A stretch of 64,000 nt of DNA from an uncultured delta proteobacterium (lineage in GTDB: Bacteria > Myxococcota_A > Polyangia > Polyangiales > Polyangiaceae), in NCBI GenBank assembly GCA_963763745.1, contig CAVXQJ010000001.1:130431-194430 (forward strand), given 5' to 3'. Each line of letters starts with the position of its first letter. Within the stretch, counting starts at the first letter, position 1. Below are positions 1 through 14,230 of the stretch, piece after piece. The notes below the pieces were generated by a model. It was not told the origin of the DNA. It saw nothing but the letters and a program-made list of their open reading frames with translations, and did not search any database. The translations under genes were made by a program, and so were the position numbers.

Positions 1-84
1 CGTCGCAACCGGTTGTTGCGCTTGCTGCTGCGATCCGCCGCACGCCACGATCGACAACGCGATCAACATGAGAGTTGATTTCAT
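1..84 (-). CDS. lipoprotein, N-terminal fragment (gene continues upstream of the window)
   Basis: The reverse strand from 84 reads MKSTLMLIALSIVACGGSQQQ, a typical signal peptide plus lipobox; only the first 28 codons lie inside the window. Confidence 0.4.
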   Translation of the reverse strand, partial: MKSTLMLIALSIVACGGSQQQAQQPVAT

Positions 85-110
85 CGCGCGCGATTCTACC
101 CTCCGCTCCC

Positions 111-1040
111 ATGTTGACACGCCTGATCGCGTTGCTTGCCCTCACCGCCGCGTGCGGCACGCCGTACATGCCCGCGCGCACGCCGGTCGAAGTCGCGCAA
201 CCCGACGGAACGAAGCACGATCAAGGACAGTTCATCGGCGTCGGCAAGATGCCGCTCTATTGGCAAAGCTGGGAGCCGACGAAGGCGCGAAAGCGCGGCG
301 CGCTCGTCGTCACGCACGGCCTCAAGGATCACTCCGCGCGCTACGAAGAGTTCGCGCACGCGCTCAACCAAGCGGGCTACGCGGTCTACGCGTTCGACCT
401 CCGCGGCCACGGCGACTCCGCGGGCGATCGCGTCGGCGTGCTGCTCTTCGACGACTACGTGATGGACCTCGACATCTTCCTCTATCGCGTGATCTCGCAA
501 GAGACCGTGCCCGTCTTCATGTTCGGTCACAGCATGGGCGGCGCGATCGTGACGCTCGACGAGATCGAATATCACCCGCCCGTTGCCGGAATGATCCTGA
601 GCGGTGCGGCGCTCCTGCCCGGCGTGTCGGCCGGCAAGATCGGTCTCACGCGCTTCACCGCTGCGATCGATCCGGACTTCGACGCGTTCAACCTCGACCT
701 CGACAAGTTCTCGCGCGATCCCGCGGTCGTCGCGGCCGCGAAGAAAGATCCGCTCGTCTATCAAGGCGCGGCGACGGTGCGCATGGCGACGAAGCTCATC
801 GACGCGATCGAACGCATCGACGCGAGCATGGAGAAGGTCACCGCGCCCATTTTGATCCTCCACGGCAAAGCCGACGAAGTGACGCCGCCCGAGGGAAGCC
901 AAATGCTCTACGTGCGCGCGAGCTCGACCGACAAGACGCTCACGCTCTACGGAAAAATGTTCCACGACCTCTTGCATGAGCCCGAGAAGGCGAGCGTCAC
1001 GACCGACATCATCACGTGGATGAACGCGCACACGAAGTGA
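111..1040 (+). CDS. alpha/beta-hydrolase lipoprotein, lysophospholipase/monoacylglycerol-lipase family
   Basis: The ORF is 75..1040, with the likely start at the internal Met (MLTRLIALLALTAACG lipobox). It has the HGxxDH oxyanion region, a GHSMGG nucleophile elbow and a C-terminal HD(L/F) motif. Confidence 0.8.
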   Translation: MLTRLIALLALTAACGTPYMPARTPVEVAQPDGTKHDQGQFIGVGKMPLYWQSWEPTKARKRGALVVTHGLKDHSARYEEFAHALNQAGYAVYAFDLRGHGDSAGDRVGVLLFDDYVMDLDIFLYRVISQETVPVFMFGHSMGGAIVTLDEIEYHPPVAGMILSGAALLPGVSAGKIGLTRFTAAIDPDFDAFNLDLDKFSRDPAVVAAAKKDPLVYQGAATVRMATKLIDAIERIDASMEKVTAPILILHGKADEVTPPEGSQMLYVRASSTDKTLTLYGKMFHDLLHEPEKASVTTDIITWMNAHTK

Positions 1041-1149
1041 GCCTGGATCTGCGGACCATCAGCCGATCCACTCCCGCTGCAATGCGATCGCGAATCGCCC
1101 TGAAAACAAGGCAATTCGTGATGGCGCGCGCATTGCTACGTGGAGAGGC

Positions 1150-1530
1150 ATGGACGAGATCGACCGCACCGACCCGTCGTTCACGCCGCCGTGGCTCGCA
1201 GAGAAGCCGCGCATCATCGCACCGAGCCTCCCGTCGCAGTACGAGCTCGACAGCGAGCGCAAGTCGAGCCCGCCCGTGCTCGAGCGTCGCAAGCAGCTCA
1301 CGCGCGTCGTCGCGAGCGCGGTCGGCGTCGCCTGGTTCATTTGTCTCGTCGCCGTTGGACAAGGCGCGCTGCGCGCGGTGCTCACATCACTTCACGACGA
1401 GGCGCGCGCGGCTCCGCGGCGCGAGCACCGCATCGACCACGTCGACACGACGACGCGCGCCGAGCGCAAGACCGGTCACGAGGCGCGCGTCGCGATCGCT
1501 CAGGCGCGTGTGGAGCATCGCCACCGCTAA
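1150..1530 (+). CDS. hypothetical protein with one predicted TM helix
   Basis: ORF with protein-like composition and a hydrophobic segment VVASAVGVAWFICLVAV; no recognisable domain. Confidence 0.35.
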   Translation: MDEIDRTDPSFTPPWLAEKPRIIAPSLPSQYELDSERKSSPPVLERRKQLTRVVASAVGVAWFICLVAVGQGALRAVLTSLHDEARAAPRREHRIDHVDTTTRAERKTGHEARVAIAQARVEHRHR

Positions 1531-2330
1531 AAAACGACCTTGAGCGAAATTCCAGGCGCCTCGCGCAGCGGCCCGACCGAAAACGCCACCGACTTCCGCA
1601 CCGACGGAGGGAGCTCGCCTTTCAAATAATGTTTGTACCCCGTCGCCGCGCCCGTTGGCGTCGACAAAATTTGCGCTTCGGTGAGCAAGATCCCGACGCC
1701 CGTGTTCGTGATCGCGTTGATCCAGTGCGCGTTCTGTACTTCGCCCGGCGGGGACGTCGCGGCTTCGACCGCCATGATGGAGAACATCGCGCCGAGCCCG
1801 ACGAACGCGAGGATCTGCGCGAACACGCCGGTGTTCTGCGCTTCCTCGGCCGCGCTCTTCGCGAAGAGCTCTTCGATGCGCGCGAGGACGAGGCACGTTC
1901 CCGCCGCGCCGTCGTTCGTCGCTGCGAGAAGCTTGTCGACGACGGGCGCGTCGTCCTCCACGCGAAGCGCAAAGAGGAGCGCCGTCACGGGCGTCACGAT
2001 CGAGAAACCGGAGACGACCAGGTTGTCGATGATGTTCGCCTCGCGCGCGACGTCGTTGCCCGCAGCCCACGCGGCGACCTGCACCGCGCTCGTCGTGAAC
2101 GTGGCCGAGCCGATCGCGAACCACCACCACTTCCAGAGGTTCGCGTAGTGCGCTTGATCGTCGATCGTACGGTGGAGGTAGTCGATGCGCGTGCGCGCAT
2201 CGATCGCGGCGAGCTTCGCGTCGCCGCCGGTCGGCGCGGGACACGTATCGGCGAGCGCGACGGACGAGGCACACAGCACAGCCGCGCTGCAGCACCACAC
2301 CGCCCACGATCGCATCGGCACACGATACAC
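1527..2330 (-). CDS. hypothetical secreted/membrane protein
   Basis: 267-aa ORF with an N-terminal signal-like segment (MRSWAVWCCSAAVLCASSVALA) and non-repetitive composition. The overlapping Arg-rich ORFs in the other frames look like GC artefacts. Confidence 0.5.
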   Translation of the reverse strand: MYRVPMRSWAVWCCSAAVLCASSVALADTCPAPTGGDAKLAAIDARTRIDYLHRTIDDQAHYANLWKWWWFAIGSATFTTSAVQVAAWAAGNDVAREANIIDNLVVSGFSIVTPVTALLFALRVEDDAPVVDKLLAATNDGAAGTCLVLARIEELFAKSAAEEAQNTGVFAQILAFVGLGAMFSIMAVEAATSPPGEVQNAHWINAITNTGVGILLTEAQILSTPTGAATGYKHYLKGELPPSVRKSVAFSVGPLREAPGISLKVVF

Positions 2331-2339
2331 TAAGCGCGA

Positions 2340-3449
2340 ATGATCGATCCGATCGCGGTCGCGGTGCCCGGATTCTTCGCGCTCATCGGCGTGGAAATGG
2401 CCGTCGCGCGCGCGCGCGGCGTTCGCGTGTATCGACTCGCCGACTCGGTGACGGATCTCTCGTGCGGCGTGTCGTCGCAGATCGAAGCGATGTTCTTCGC
2501 CGCGATCCAGCTCGCGATCTACGCGTTCTTGTGGAGCCGCTTTCGCTTCTTCGATCTACACGGTTGGCAAGCGTGGGTCGTCGCGTTCTTCGGCGTCGAT
2601 TTTCTCTACTACTGGTGGCATCGCCTCTCGCACGAGGTGAATTTCTTGTGGGCTGCGCACGTCGTCCACCACCAGAGCGAGGACTACAACCTCGCCGTCG
2701 CGCTCCGCCAATCGATCACGACGAGCTGGACGGCGCTCCCGTTCTACATTCCGCTCGCGTTCGTCGGCGTGCCGCCGCTCGTTTTCGCGATCACGCACGC
2801 GCTGTCGACGCTCTATCAATTCTGGATTCACACGCAGCTCGTGAAAAAAATCCACGGGCCCATCGATTGGATCTTGAACTTGCCGTCGCATCATCGCGTG
2901 CATCACGCGGTGAACCCGCAGTACCTCGACAAGAACTACGCGGCGACGCTCATCGTGTGGGACAGGCTCTTCGGGACGTACATCGAAGAAGACGAACCGT
3001 GCGTCTACGGCATCACGAAGCCGCTCGCGAGCTTCAACCCGATGTGGGCGCAGGTTCATTATTGGCTCGAGCTCGCGAGGCGCTCCGTCCGCACGTCGGG
3101 CTTCGATCGCGTGCGCGTGTGGTTCGCGTCGCCCGCGTGGGTCGGGAAGAACGAATCGAAGTACGTGACGGACGTCCATGCGCGACCGAAGTACGACGTC
3201 ACGGCGAGCCGCAAAACCCGCCGTTATGTATTTGTACAATACATCTTTTTGCTCGGCGCGATGTCCGCGCTCATGTTCGCGCACGCATCGCTGCCGCCCG
3301 TCGCCGTCGCGTCGTGCTGCGCGGCGCTCGCGCTCGGCCTCGTCGCGATGGGCGCGCTCCTCGAGGAAAAATCTTGGGCGCGCGCCATGGAAGTCGCGCG
3401 CATCGCGCTGTCTATTGCGGCGATCGTGATCGTCGTTCGTAGTCGTTGA
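2340..3449 (+). CDS. fatty acid hydroxylase / sterol desaturase family membrane protein
   Basis: Three histidine boxes (HRLSHE, HVVHHQSEDYN, HHRVHHAVN) and multiple TM segments. Confidence 0.85.
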   Translation: MIDPIAVAVPGFFALIGVEMAVARARGVRVYRLADSVTDLSCGVSSQIEAMFFAAIQLAIYAFLWSRFRFFDLHGWQAWVVAFFGVDFLYYWWHRLSHEVNFLWAAHVVHHQSEDYNLAVALRQSITTSWTALPFYIPLAFVGVPPLVFAITHALSTLYQFWIHTQLVKKIHGPIDWILNLPSHHRVHHAVNPQYLDKNYAATLIVWDRLFGTYIEEDEPCVYGITKPLASFNPMWAQVHYWLELARRSVRTSGFDRVRVWFASPAWVGKNESKYVTDVHARPKYDVTASRKTRRYVFVQYIFLLGAMSALMFAHASLPPVAVASCCAALALGLVAMGALLEEKSWARAMEVARIALSIAAIVIVVRSR

Positions 3450-3464
3450 CTAAAAAAAAGAGCC

Positions 3465-3683
3465 ATGGTGCCCTCGTGGGCCACCATGGCTCAAAAATTC
3501 GAATACGACATCTACACCGCAGCTTGGGGACACGGCGAAGCAACGAACAAGATCAAGAAAGAGCTCAACAAGCGCGGCGGCTCGGGCTGGGAGCTCGTCG
3601 GCATGACGCGCGACGAGAGCCCGACCGACGAGCACGACGAAGAGGTCGTCATGTTCGTCTTCAAGCGAAACAAGAAGAAGTAA
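3465..3683 (+). CDS. DUF4177-like small protein
   Basis: MAQKFEYDIYTAAWGHGEATNKIKKELNKRGGSGWELVGMTRDE matches the small DUF4177 family pattern; the start is probably the second Met at 3486. Confidence 0.55.
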   Translation: MVPSWATMAQKFEYDIYTAAWGHGEATNKIKKELNKRGGSGWELVGMTRDESPTDEHDEEVVMFVFKRNKKK

Positions 3684-3687
3684 GCGC

Positions 3688-4380
3688 CTACTTCAGCGCG
3701 GTGGCCGCGCGGGTTTGGTCGCCCGATTCGACGACGCGCGTCGTGTAGAGCGTCTTGCCGGAGTCGGAGACGATGTCGCCCGCGAGGTCGCCCCACGCGA
3801 ACGCGTCGGAGTGCACGATGCTCATTGTCGCGGGTTTTCCGGCGACGACGACTTTGTACGTCGTGCGAACGGCAGCGACTTTGCTCGCGCCGATGTCGAG
3901 CGTCACCGGCTCGACGTCGACGACGCCGTCGTTGCGATCGACGTTCGGCACGGTCTTCTGAAGCGCGGCTTCGTACGTGGCCATCGTGGTCGCGTGCTCG
4001 ATCGCGCCGTCGACTTTGGTGACGTCCGTGATCTGCTCGCCCGCACGCGTGGAGCTCGTGCGAATGCGGAACGTCTGCATCTTCTTGCCGTCTTTGATCG
4101 CGACCTCGACGACGCTTGCCGCGCCATCGCGCGAGAGCACGCGCTGCTGAACCGTGATCGGTTTGCCGTTCTGCGCGAACTCGGTCGTCACCCAATCGCC
4201 GACGTTGCGTGCGTCGGTCGATTGCTGCGCGTAGGGATTCTCTTCGTCGTCGATGCCGTCGAAGGTCATCGGAATGACGTGATCGGAGCGCAGCTTGAGC
4301 GCGGTCTGCGCAAGGGTTCCGTCGTGGTGCGCCGAACAGCCGAGGAGAACGAACAGCGGAGCGAGTGCCATCTTCTTCAT
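3688..4380 (-). CDS. hypothetical lipoprotein
   Basis: MKKMALAPLFVLLGCSAHH lipobox signal followed by a 200-aa soluble domain with no recognisable fold. Confidence 0.55.
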   Translation of the reverse strand: MKKMALAPLFVLLGCSAHHDGTLAQTALKLRSDHVIPMTFDGIDDEENPYAQQSTDARNVGDWVTTEFAQNGKPITVQQRVLSRDGAASVVEVAIKDGKKMQTFRIRTSSTRAGEQITDVTKVDGAIEHATTMATYEAALQKTVPNVDRNDGVVDVEPVTLDIGASKVAAVRTTYKVVVAGKPATMSIVHSDAFAWGDLAGDIVSDSGKTLYTTRVVESGDQTRAATALK

Positions 4381-4407
4381 GATTCGGCTGTCGCATTCTC
4401 GAAGCCG

Positions 4408-5397
4408 ATGGGCCAAGTTTTCGCTAGAAGGTCATTCGTGAAACGGTTCGCGCGATTCGTGTGGCTCGTGCTCGCGTACGACGTGCTCGTCGTGCTCTGG
4501 GGCGCGTACGTTCGCGCGAGCTTCTCCGGGGACGGATGCGGAAGCCACTGGCCGCTCTGCAACGGCGAGATCGTTCCGCACGCAACGCAGACGAAGACGA
4601 TCGTCGAGCTCAGTCATCGCCTCTCCAGCGGCGGCTCGCTCATCCTCGCGGTGGTCGTGTTCGCGTGGGCGTGGCGTGCGTTCGAAAAGGGCTCGTTCGT
4701 TCGGCGCGGTGCCGCGTACGTGCTCGCGTTCACTTTGTCCGAGGCGCTCATCGGCGGCGCGCTCGTGCTCTTGCGTCTCGTCGCGCACGACGTGTCGCTG
4801 CGTCGCGGCGTGTCGACGTCGCTCCATCTCGGCAACACGTTCTTGCTCCTCGCGAGCCTCACCGTCACTGCGCGCACCGCGGGCGGCGCGCTTCCCCCGG
4901 TTTTTCGAGGCCGCGGGTGGCTCGGCGCGCTCGCGATCGGCGCGCTCGTCACGACGATCCTCGTCGCGGCGACCGGATCGATCGCCGCGCTCGGCGACAC
5001 GCTCTACCCATCGCACTCGGTCGCGCAAGGGCTCGCTCAGGACATCGCGCCGAGCGCGCCGCTCTTCATTCGATTGCGATCGATTCATCCGTTCGTCGCG
5101 ATCGGCTCGGCGATTTTGGTGCTCGGTCTCGCGTCGCTCGCGCCCGCGGTCCGTCCGTCGAAGGACATCTCGCGTTTCGCGCGCGCCGTTTCGATCGCGT
5201 ACTTCGTCCAGCTCGGTCTCGGCGCGCTCAACGTGATGACGCTCGCGCCCACGTGGCTCCAGCTCACGCACCTTCTCTCCGCCGACGTCGTGTGGATCCT
5301 CCTCGTCACGCTCGCGAGCGCGTCGCTCGCGCTCGACGGAACCGAAGTCAGCGCGTCGCGAGGAGCAGTGCTCGAAGGATCTCCGCCTGCTCGGTGA
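4408..5397 (+). CDS. ctaA: heme A synthase (CtaA/COX15 family)
   Basis: GDGCGSHWPLCNG and ELSHRLSSG motifs parallel B. subtilis CtaA (GQGCGRQWPLCHG, EWSHRF); eight predicted TM helices. Confidence 0.8.
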   Translation: MGQVFARRSFVKRFARFVWLVLAYDVLVVLWGAYVRASFSGDGCGSHWPLCNGEIVPHATQTKTIVELSHRLSSGGSLILAVVVFAWAWRAFEKGSFVRRGAAYVLAFTLSEALIGGALVLLRLVAHDVSLRRGVSTSLHLGNTFLLLASLTVTARTAGGALPPVFRGRGWLGALAIGALVTTILVAATGSIAALGDTLYPSHSVAQGLAQDIAPSAPLFIRLRSIHPFVAIGSAILVLGLASLAPAVRPSKDISRFARAVSIAYFVQLGLGALNVMTLAPTWLQLTHLLSADVVWILLVTLASASLALDGTEVSASRGAVLEGSPPAR

Positions 5398-6769
5398 TCG
5401 CGCGATCGTGCGTGTCGCGCGCGAGGAGCGTCATCGAGCTCGCGTGGATCCACGCGATTTGCCATAGCCCGCCCGCGCGCTTCACGTCGTCGCCGACGAA
5501 CGCTGCATCGAGTCGTCGGAGCGTCGCGAGCGCGGACGCGTATGCGATCACGTCGCCATAGCGCGACTCCGCGATGCGCTCGATGTCGTCGTCGTATTGG
5601 CAAGGGATGGTCGCGGCGAACGTGCGAGCCGCGCCCGTCTTCGCGTCCTTGGCCGTCGCCGTGACGGTGAACGTGAAGTTCGCGCCCGCGACCCACGGCG
5701 GCACGGTCACGCGAACGACCTCGGTGCGCGCCTCGCCCGCGATCACGTCGCCGAGGAGGAGCTCGCCCGAATCCACGCGCCATCGAACGCCGCCGCCCGA
5801 GGTCTCGAGCACGTGCGAAGGCGCGGGTGTTCCCGCGAACGTGAGCACGACGTCGTGAAACACGACGTCGCCCGCGGGCGGCGCGGCGAGCGGGACGCTC
5901 TTCTCGCGCGCAGCGAGATCGTCGGCCACCGCGATGACGCCGCTCTGCGCGATGGCCATCGCGTCGTCGCCGCTCGTCCCCGATCGCGTCGCGAGCACGC
6001 TCACTGGAACGCCGCCGCGCGCGAGCTCGCCCGCGGCGTCGATGATCGCTTGCGTGGGCTTCACCGCGTCGTCGCTGAGCACGACGACGCGCCGCTGCGG
6101 CCCGACGCCGATCACGCCACGCGCGACCTTGAGCGCCGAAGCGAGATCGCGCCGCGATCGCGCCGTCGTCCGCAAACGTTTTTCGATCGCGGCTTCCGCG
6201 AGCGAGCGGTGATTCGCCGGGATGAGCGGTACGACGATCTTCGCGTCGGTGGCGTCGACGACCACGATGCGATCGTAAGAGCCGGTCTGCGAGATCACGT
6301 CCTCCGCGAGCACGATCGAATCGACGCCCGATCCATCGAGCACGATCGCGATGCTCTCGCCGAGCCGCGCAGTTCCTTGCGCCGCGGGCGACATCACGTC
6401 GACGCGAACCAGCACCTCGCCACCCCACGACGGCACGCGCTGATCGCTCGGCCGCAGCGCGAACCCGAGCCCCGGCATCGCGACGACCGTCGGCTTGCTC
6501 GTCTCGGTGAAGCGCCCATCCTTCGGCAAAATGAATCCAACCGGCGCGCGCCACGGTTCGTCCGTCGTTCGCCGCACGAGTCGCTGAGGCACATCGGCGC
6601 GATCGCGAAATTGGATCCCATTCGCGCCCATCACCGCCGCGCCGTGCGCGCCGTGCTCGGGAAACGTGAGCGTTCCATCCGTCTTGGAGAAGACGGGCGC
6701 TTCACACGCTGCGAGCGCCAAGAGCGCTGGAAGAGCGAGCGCGATGAGAAGAGGACGCGCCATCTCCAT
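5348..6769 (-). CDS. von Willebrand factor A (VWA) domain lipoprotein
   Basis: Signal plus lipobox LLALAACEA; the IVLDGSGVDSIVLA stretch resembles a VWA MIDAS-type motif. Its 3' end overlaps the ctaA end convergently. Confidence 0.65.
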   Translation of the reverse strand: MEMARPLLIALALPALLALAACEAPVFSKTDGTLTFPEHGAHGAAVMGANGIQFRDRADVPQRLVRRTTDEPWRAPVGFILPKDGRFTETSKPTVVAMPGLGFALRPSDQRVPSWGGEVLVRVDVMSPAAQGTARLGESIAIVLDGSGVDSIVLAEDVISQTGSYDRIVVVDATDAKIVVPLIPANHRSLAEAAIEKRLRTTARSRRDLASALKVARGVIGVGPQRRVVVLSDDAVKPTQAIIDAAGELARGGVPVSVLATRSGTSGDDAMAIAQSGVIAVADDLAAREKSVPLAAPPAGDVVFHDVVLTFAGTPAPSHVLETSGGGVRWRVDSGELLLGDVIAGEARTEVVRVTVPPWVAGANFTFTVTATAKDAKTGAARTFAATIPCQYDDDIERIAESRYGDVIAYASALATLRRLDAAFVGDDVKRAGGLWQIAWIHASSMTLLARDTHDRAITEQAEILRALLLATR

Positions 6770-7191
6770 GGGTTATACGTATGCCGCTGTGGGGGGCTTC
6801 CTGCAAGGAGGGGGTTCTCCCCCCGCCAACATGCTCGGCTCGCCGGAGGGACGCGGGATGCGTGCATCATGCACACATTGGGTTTGCGAGCCTGCGCGTG
6901 TTGGCGCCCCTCATGCGTTCGCTTCGCGAACGCGAGGGGGTTGGTAGCGGGGATAGTGGCTCGTCGCAGGTGTTGTTCCCGTAACGTCTCGCGCCCACCT
7001 CTGCGAGCGACACCCATTGAAGACCTCGTCCCCTCGCGGTCGGCCGCTTTGGGCCGACGCCGGAGGGGACGCGCCGCGCGCAGGCGTCGCGCGCAAGCTC
7101 GCGCGCAGGCCAATTGCATTCTACACGTATCGCGCGAGGCCGAGCACGAGCGAGCACGACGCCGAGCACGGCGCCAGGGGTGCCCACTCAC

Positions 7192-11188
<3,997 letters not shown>

Positions 11189-11245
11189 GTTTGCATCAGT
11201 GGATTGCGATGCCTCCGCACGGTCCCGAGCCGAAGTAGTCCGTCG

Positions 11246-13673
11246 TCACGTCCTATGGCAACGAGCGAATGTCACCACGTGAAACCTACCGCTCGGTCGT
11301 GGTCGTGCGATGCGAGGCGTCGGCTCGGGCGGCCTGCGTGGCGGTGATCCAGATCGGGATTGGTCGAGCGCGAACGGCGTGAATCGGCATGAACGGGAGG
11401 ATGTCGTCGATCGCGCGCGAGCCGCGGGCGATCGCGAGCGCCCACGTCGGCTCGGTCCGGTCGCGACGCGTCGATCGCACACGTCGGCATCGAAGCGAAC
11501 CGTGCGCGCCGCGGCTTCTTCGAGCGTGCCCGTCCGGGTCCCGTCGTCGTCGGGCGCGACGCGAACGTCGAACGTCTTGCGCCTCGCGCCCGCCGACGAT
11601 GATCTCGAACGAGCTGACGTCGACCCACGGCGCCGCGCGCACGCGAGTGCGCCCGAGTGGGCGCGCGAGCACGTCGACGTCACGTCGCCGCCGGGCCGCG
11701 CGCCTTCGACCTCGAGCTCGATGAGCGGTCCGCTCGTCACGGTCGCGTGCCCCTGCTTTGATCGCCGCGACGACCGCCGCGGTGTCGATCGGCCGGCTCA
11801 CGTCGCCCGCCGCCGACGCCGACGAACGCCATCGTCCGCGGGTAGCCGGCCCACTGATACTGAATGCGGTGCGAGTCGCTGCTGCCGGTCGCCGCGTAAC
11901 TGTGGCCCGCGTTCAGCAGCGCGAAGAAATCGCGCGAGCACGGTGTCGACCTTGTCGTGCGCGGCGCTCTCGTAGCCGTTGTAGACCTCGATCGCGTCGA
12001 AGTCCATGCGCATGCGCGGGCGGCAGCGCCGGCGCATCGGGCTTGTAGCCGAAGATCGTCGAAGTAGCCGATCGCCTGCGTGCAAGCGCGGGTGGTTGAA
12101 CGATGAGCGACGCGGTTCGGATCGCCGCGGTGCGCGGCGGCGAAGATTGCGCCGGTGTCGGTGCCGCGGAACGGCGGCGCGGTTGGCCGGTCGGGTACGG
12201 AAAGACGCCGAAGTGGCCGAAGCGCGGGTGTGAACGTGGTCACCTCGACCCCGGTGACGAACGCGAGCTGGCCGTCGAGGTTCTGCGATCTCGATCGCCG
12301 GGCCGTAGTCGCCGACGATGTTGTGCTCGCTCGGCACCGCGAAGTCGACGCCCGACGCGACGAGCGACAACACGCGATCCTCCGGCGTGACCGGCGAGTC
12401 GAAGCTCGGGCGCGCGTGCACGTGGAGATCGCAGCCGACCACGCCCGGCGTGGGGACGACGTGGCGGAGCGCGAGCTGCGCGCGAGGCGCTGTGGCCGCT
12501 GGTGATGGCGATCGTCTGCGCGTCGATGCTCCACTCGATGCCCTTCGTCGCCGCGACGCGGTAGCGGCCGGCGGGGAGCGGCGTCGTCAGTTCGCCGCGG
12601 AGCGCGTCGATGAGCGGGCCTGCGCCGGACGCGCGAAAATCGGGGCCGAAGCTGGGATCGAGCGTGCCCTCGATGCCGTGCACGACGACGCGCGCGGTGA
12701 GCGGCGCGCCGGTGTCGCCGTCGGTCACGCGCACGGGAGCTCGCCGCCGGGCGACACGTCGAGGCGGAGATCCCACTGCAAGCCCGGCGTGAAAAATGAT
12801 CGGCGCGCTCGTTCGCGACGCGCTCGCGCTCGCGTACCAACTCTTCACGCTCTCGGGCGCGCGCGAAATCGAAGCGACCTGCGACTTCGGTCCGACGCGC
12901 ATGTGCGGCGCGCCTTCGTCGTCGAGCCCGAAGACTTGCGACGAGCCCGGCGCGCCGGTCACGAGACCTTTCACGCGCTTCGTGTCGGCCTTCGCGCGAT
13001 CGAAGAGCACCGACCAAATCGCGCCGCCAGCGTTCGCGAGCGCGATCGTCATGCGCGCAGTTTCCACCGGCACGCTCGCGCGCATCGCCATCGTGTGCGC
13101 TTGGCCCGGCATCGACTCGATGGTGACGTGCATCATGTTGCCGTTCGCGACGACGCCGAGCGGGTGAACCACGTCGCCGAGCACGAGGTATTTTCCGTAC
13201 TCGCTCGACAAGTCCGCGAGCTCGCCGCGGCCGGAGAGAAACGCGCTGCGCCCGTCGAGCGGAACGCGCACGGCGATCGCGCGCGACGTCGCGCCCGCTT
13301 CGCTCGGTTCGATCGCGAGATCGATCGCGTCGCGTGCGGCGTCGATGGAGAGGTCCATCGCGCCGACGAGTTTTTCTCGACCATGCGCCGCCTGGCCGCT
13401 CGCGCGCAAATCGTCGAACGCGATCGCGTGAACGCCTTCGTCGTCTTCGATCACGAGCTCCGCGTCGATGGTGCGCGTGTGATCGTCCGACTCGATGCGG
13501 AGACGTCCGTCGCGGAAAATCGTGAAGTGCGCGTGCTTCGAGTCGAGCGTCACGCTCGGGCCGTTTCGCGTGCGAATGTCGCCGCACCGATGCATCTGAT
13601 GGACGAGCGCGACCGCCACGAGCACCGCGAGCGCGACGATCACGAACGGCTTCGAGCGGCTCTCCTCGGTCAT
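11246..13673 (-). pseudogene. PHP-domain metallohydrolase (CehA/McbA-like) with N-terminal signal anchor, frameshifted
   Basis: The N-terminal 400 aa (MTEESRSKPFVIVALAVLVAVALV...) are intact. The PHP motifs DLHVHARPSFDS, SEHN, AIEVYNG and GSSDSH sit in two other frames, and the 3' end is uncertain. Confidence 0.55.
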
Positions 13674-14134
13674 GGTGCGCGCGGCCCGCTCAGCGTCGCT
13701 TCACGCACGGACTTCTTCATCTCGATGTCGACGACGAGCTCGGGTCGTCCGCCGAGGAACGCGATCGCGTCTTTTCCCCATTCCACGATCAGGATTGAGC
13801 CCTCGGCGCGCCGTTCGCGCAAGCCGAGCCGTTCGATTTCGCGCTGCAGATCCCCGCCAAGGATGCGGTGCAGGTCGACGTGGAGCAGCGTGCCCTTCTT
13901 CGTTTCGTACTCTTGAACCAGGTTGAACGTCGGGCTCGTGATGCGCACGTCGTCCGGCACGCCGAGCGCGCGTGCGATGGCGCGCGCGAGAAACGTCTTG
14001 CCCGCGCCGAGGTCGCCGCTGAGGATCACGAGATCGCCGGCGCAGAGCTTCGCGCCAATCGCCGCACCGAGCTTCTGCGTGTCGCGTCGCGTACGAAGCT
14101 CGAGGTGCGGCATCGCGAGCCGTGACCTTATCAC
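13670..14134 (-). CDS. tsaE: tRNA threonylcarbamoyladenosine biosynthesis ATPase TsaE
   Basis: LSGDLGAGKTFLARAIARALGV Walker A and ITSPTFNLVQEY are signature TsaE/YjeE motifs; the start is possibly the Met at 14113. Confidence 0.85.
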   Translation of the reverse strand: MIRSRLAMPHLELRTRRDTQKLGAAIGAKLCAGDLVILSGDLGAGKTFLARAIARALGVPDDVRITSPTFNLVQEYETKKGTLLHVDLHRILGGDLQREIERLGLRERRAEGSILIVEWGKDAIAFLGGRPELVVDIEMKKSVREATLSGPRAP

Positions 14135-14230
14135 CTCACTTTCGAATCGGGTTGTTCGCGGGGTCGTCGATGGGCGCTTGAAACGAGCCGTGCGTCACGT
14201 CGATGTTCGCGCCCGCCGGAAGTCACACGC

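Noticed and set aside
1140-2333. Long Arg/Ala/Gly-rich ORFs on the strand or frame opposite real genes. Examples are 1140..2333, 5085..6554, 5597..7204, 24372..26489, 27878..29749, 27976..29859, 37938..40550, 43963..46284, 45899..47569, 47643..50135, 50154..52298 and 56349..59732.
   Set aside because: These are typical high-GC artefacts. Their composition is dominated by R, A, G and P, they have no motifs, and they overlap well-supported genes in another frame with clear domain signatures.
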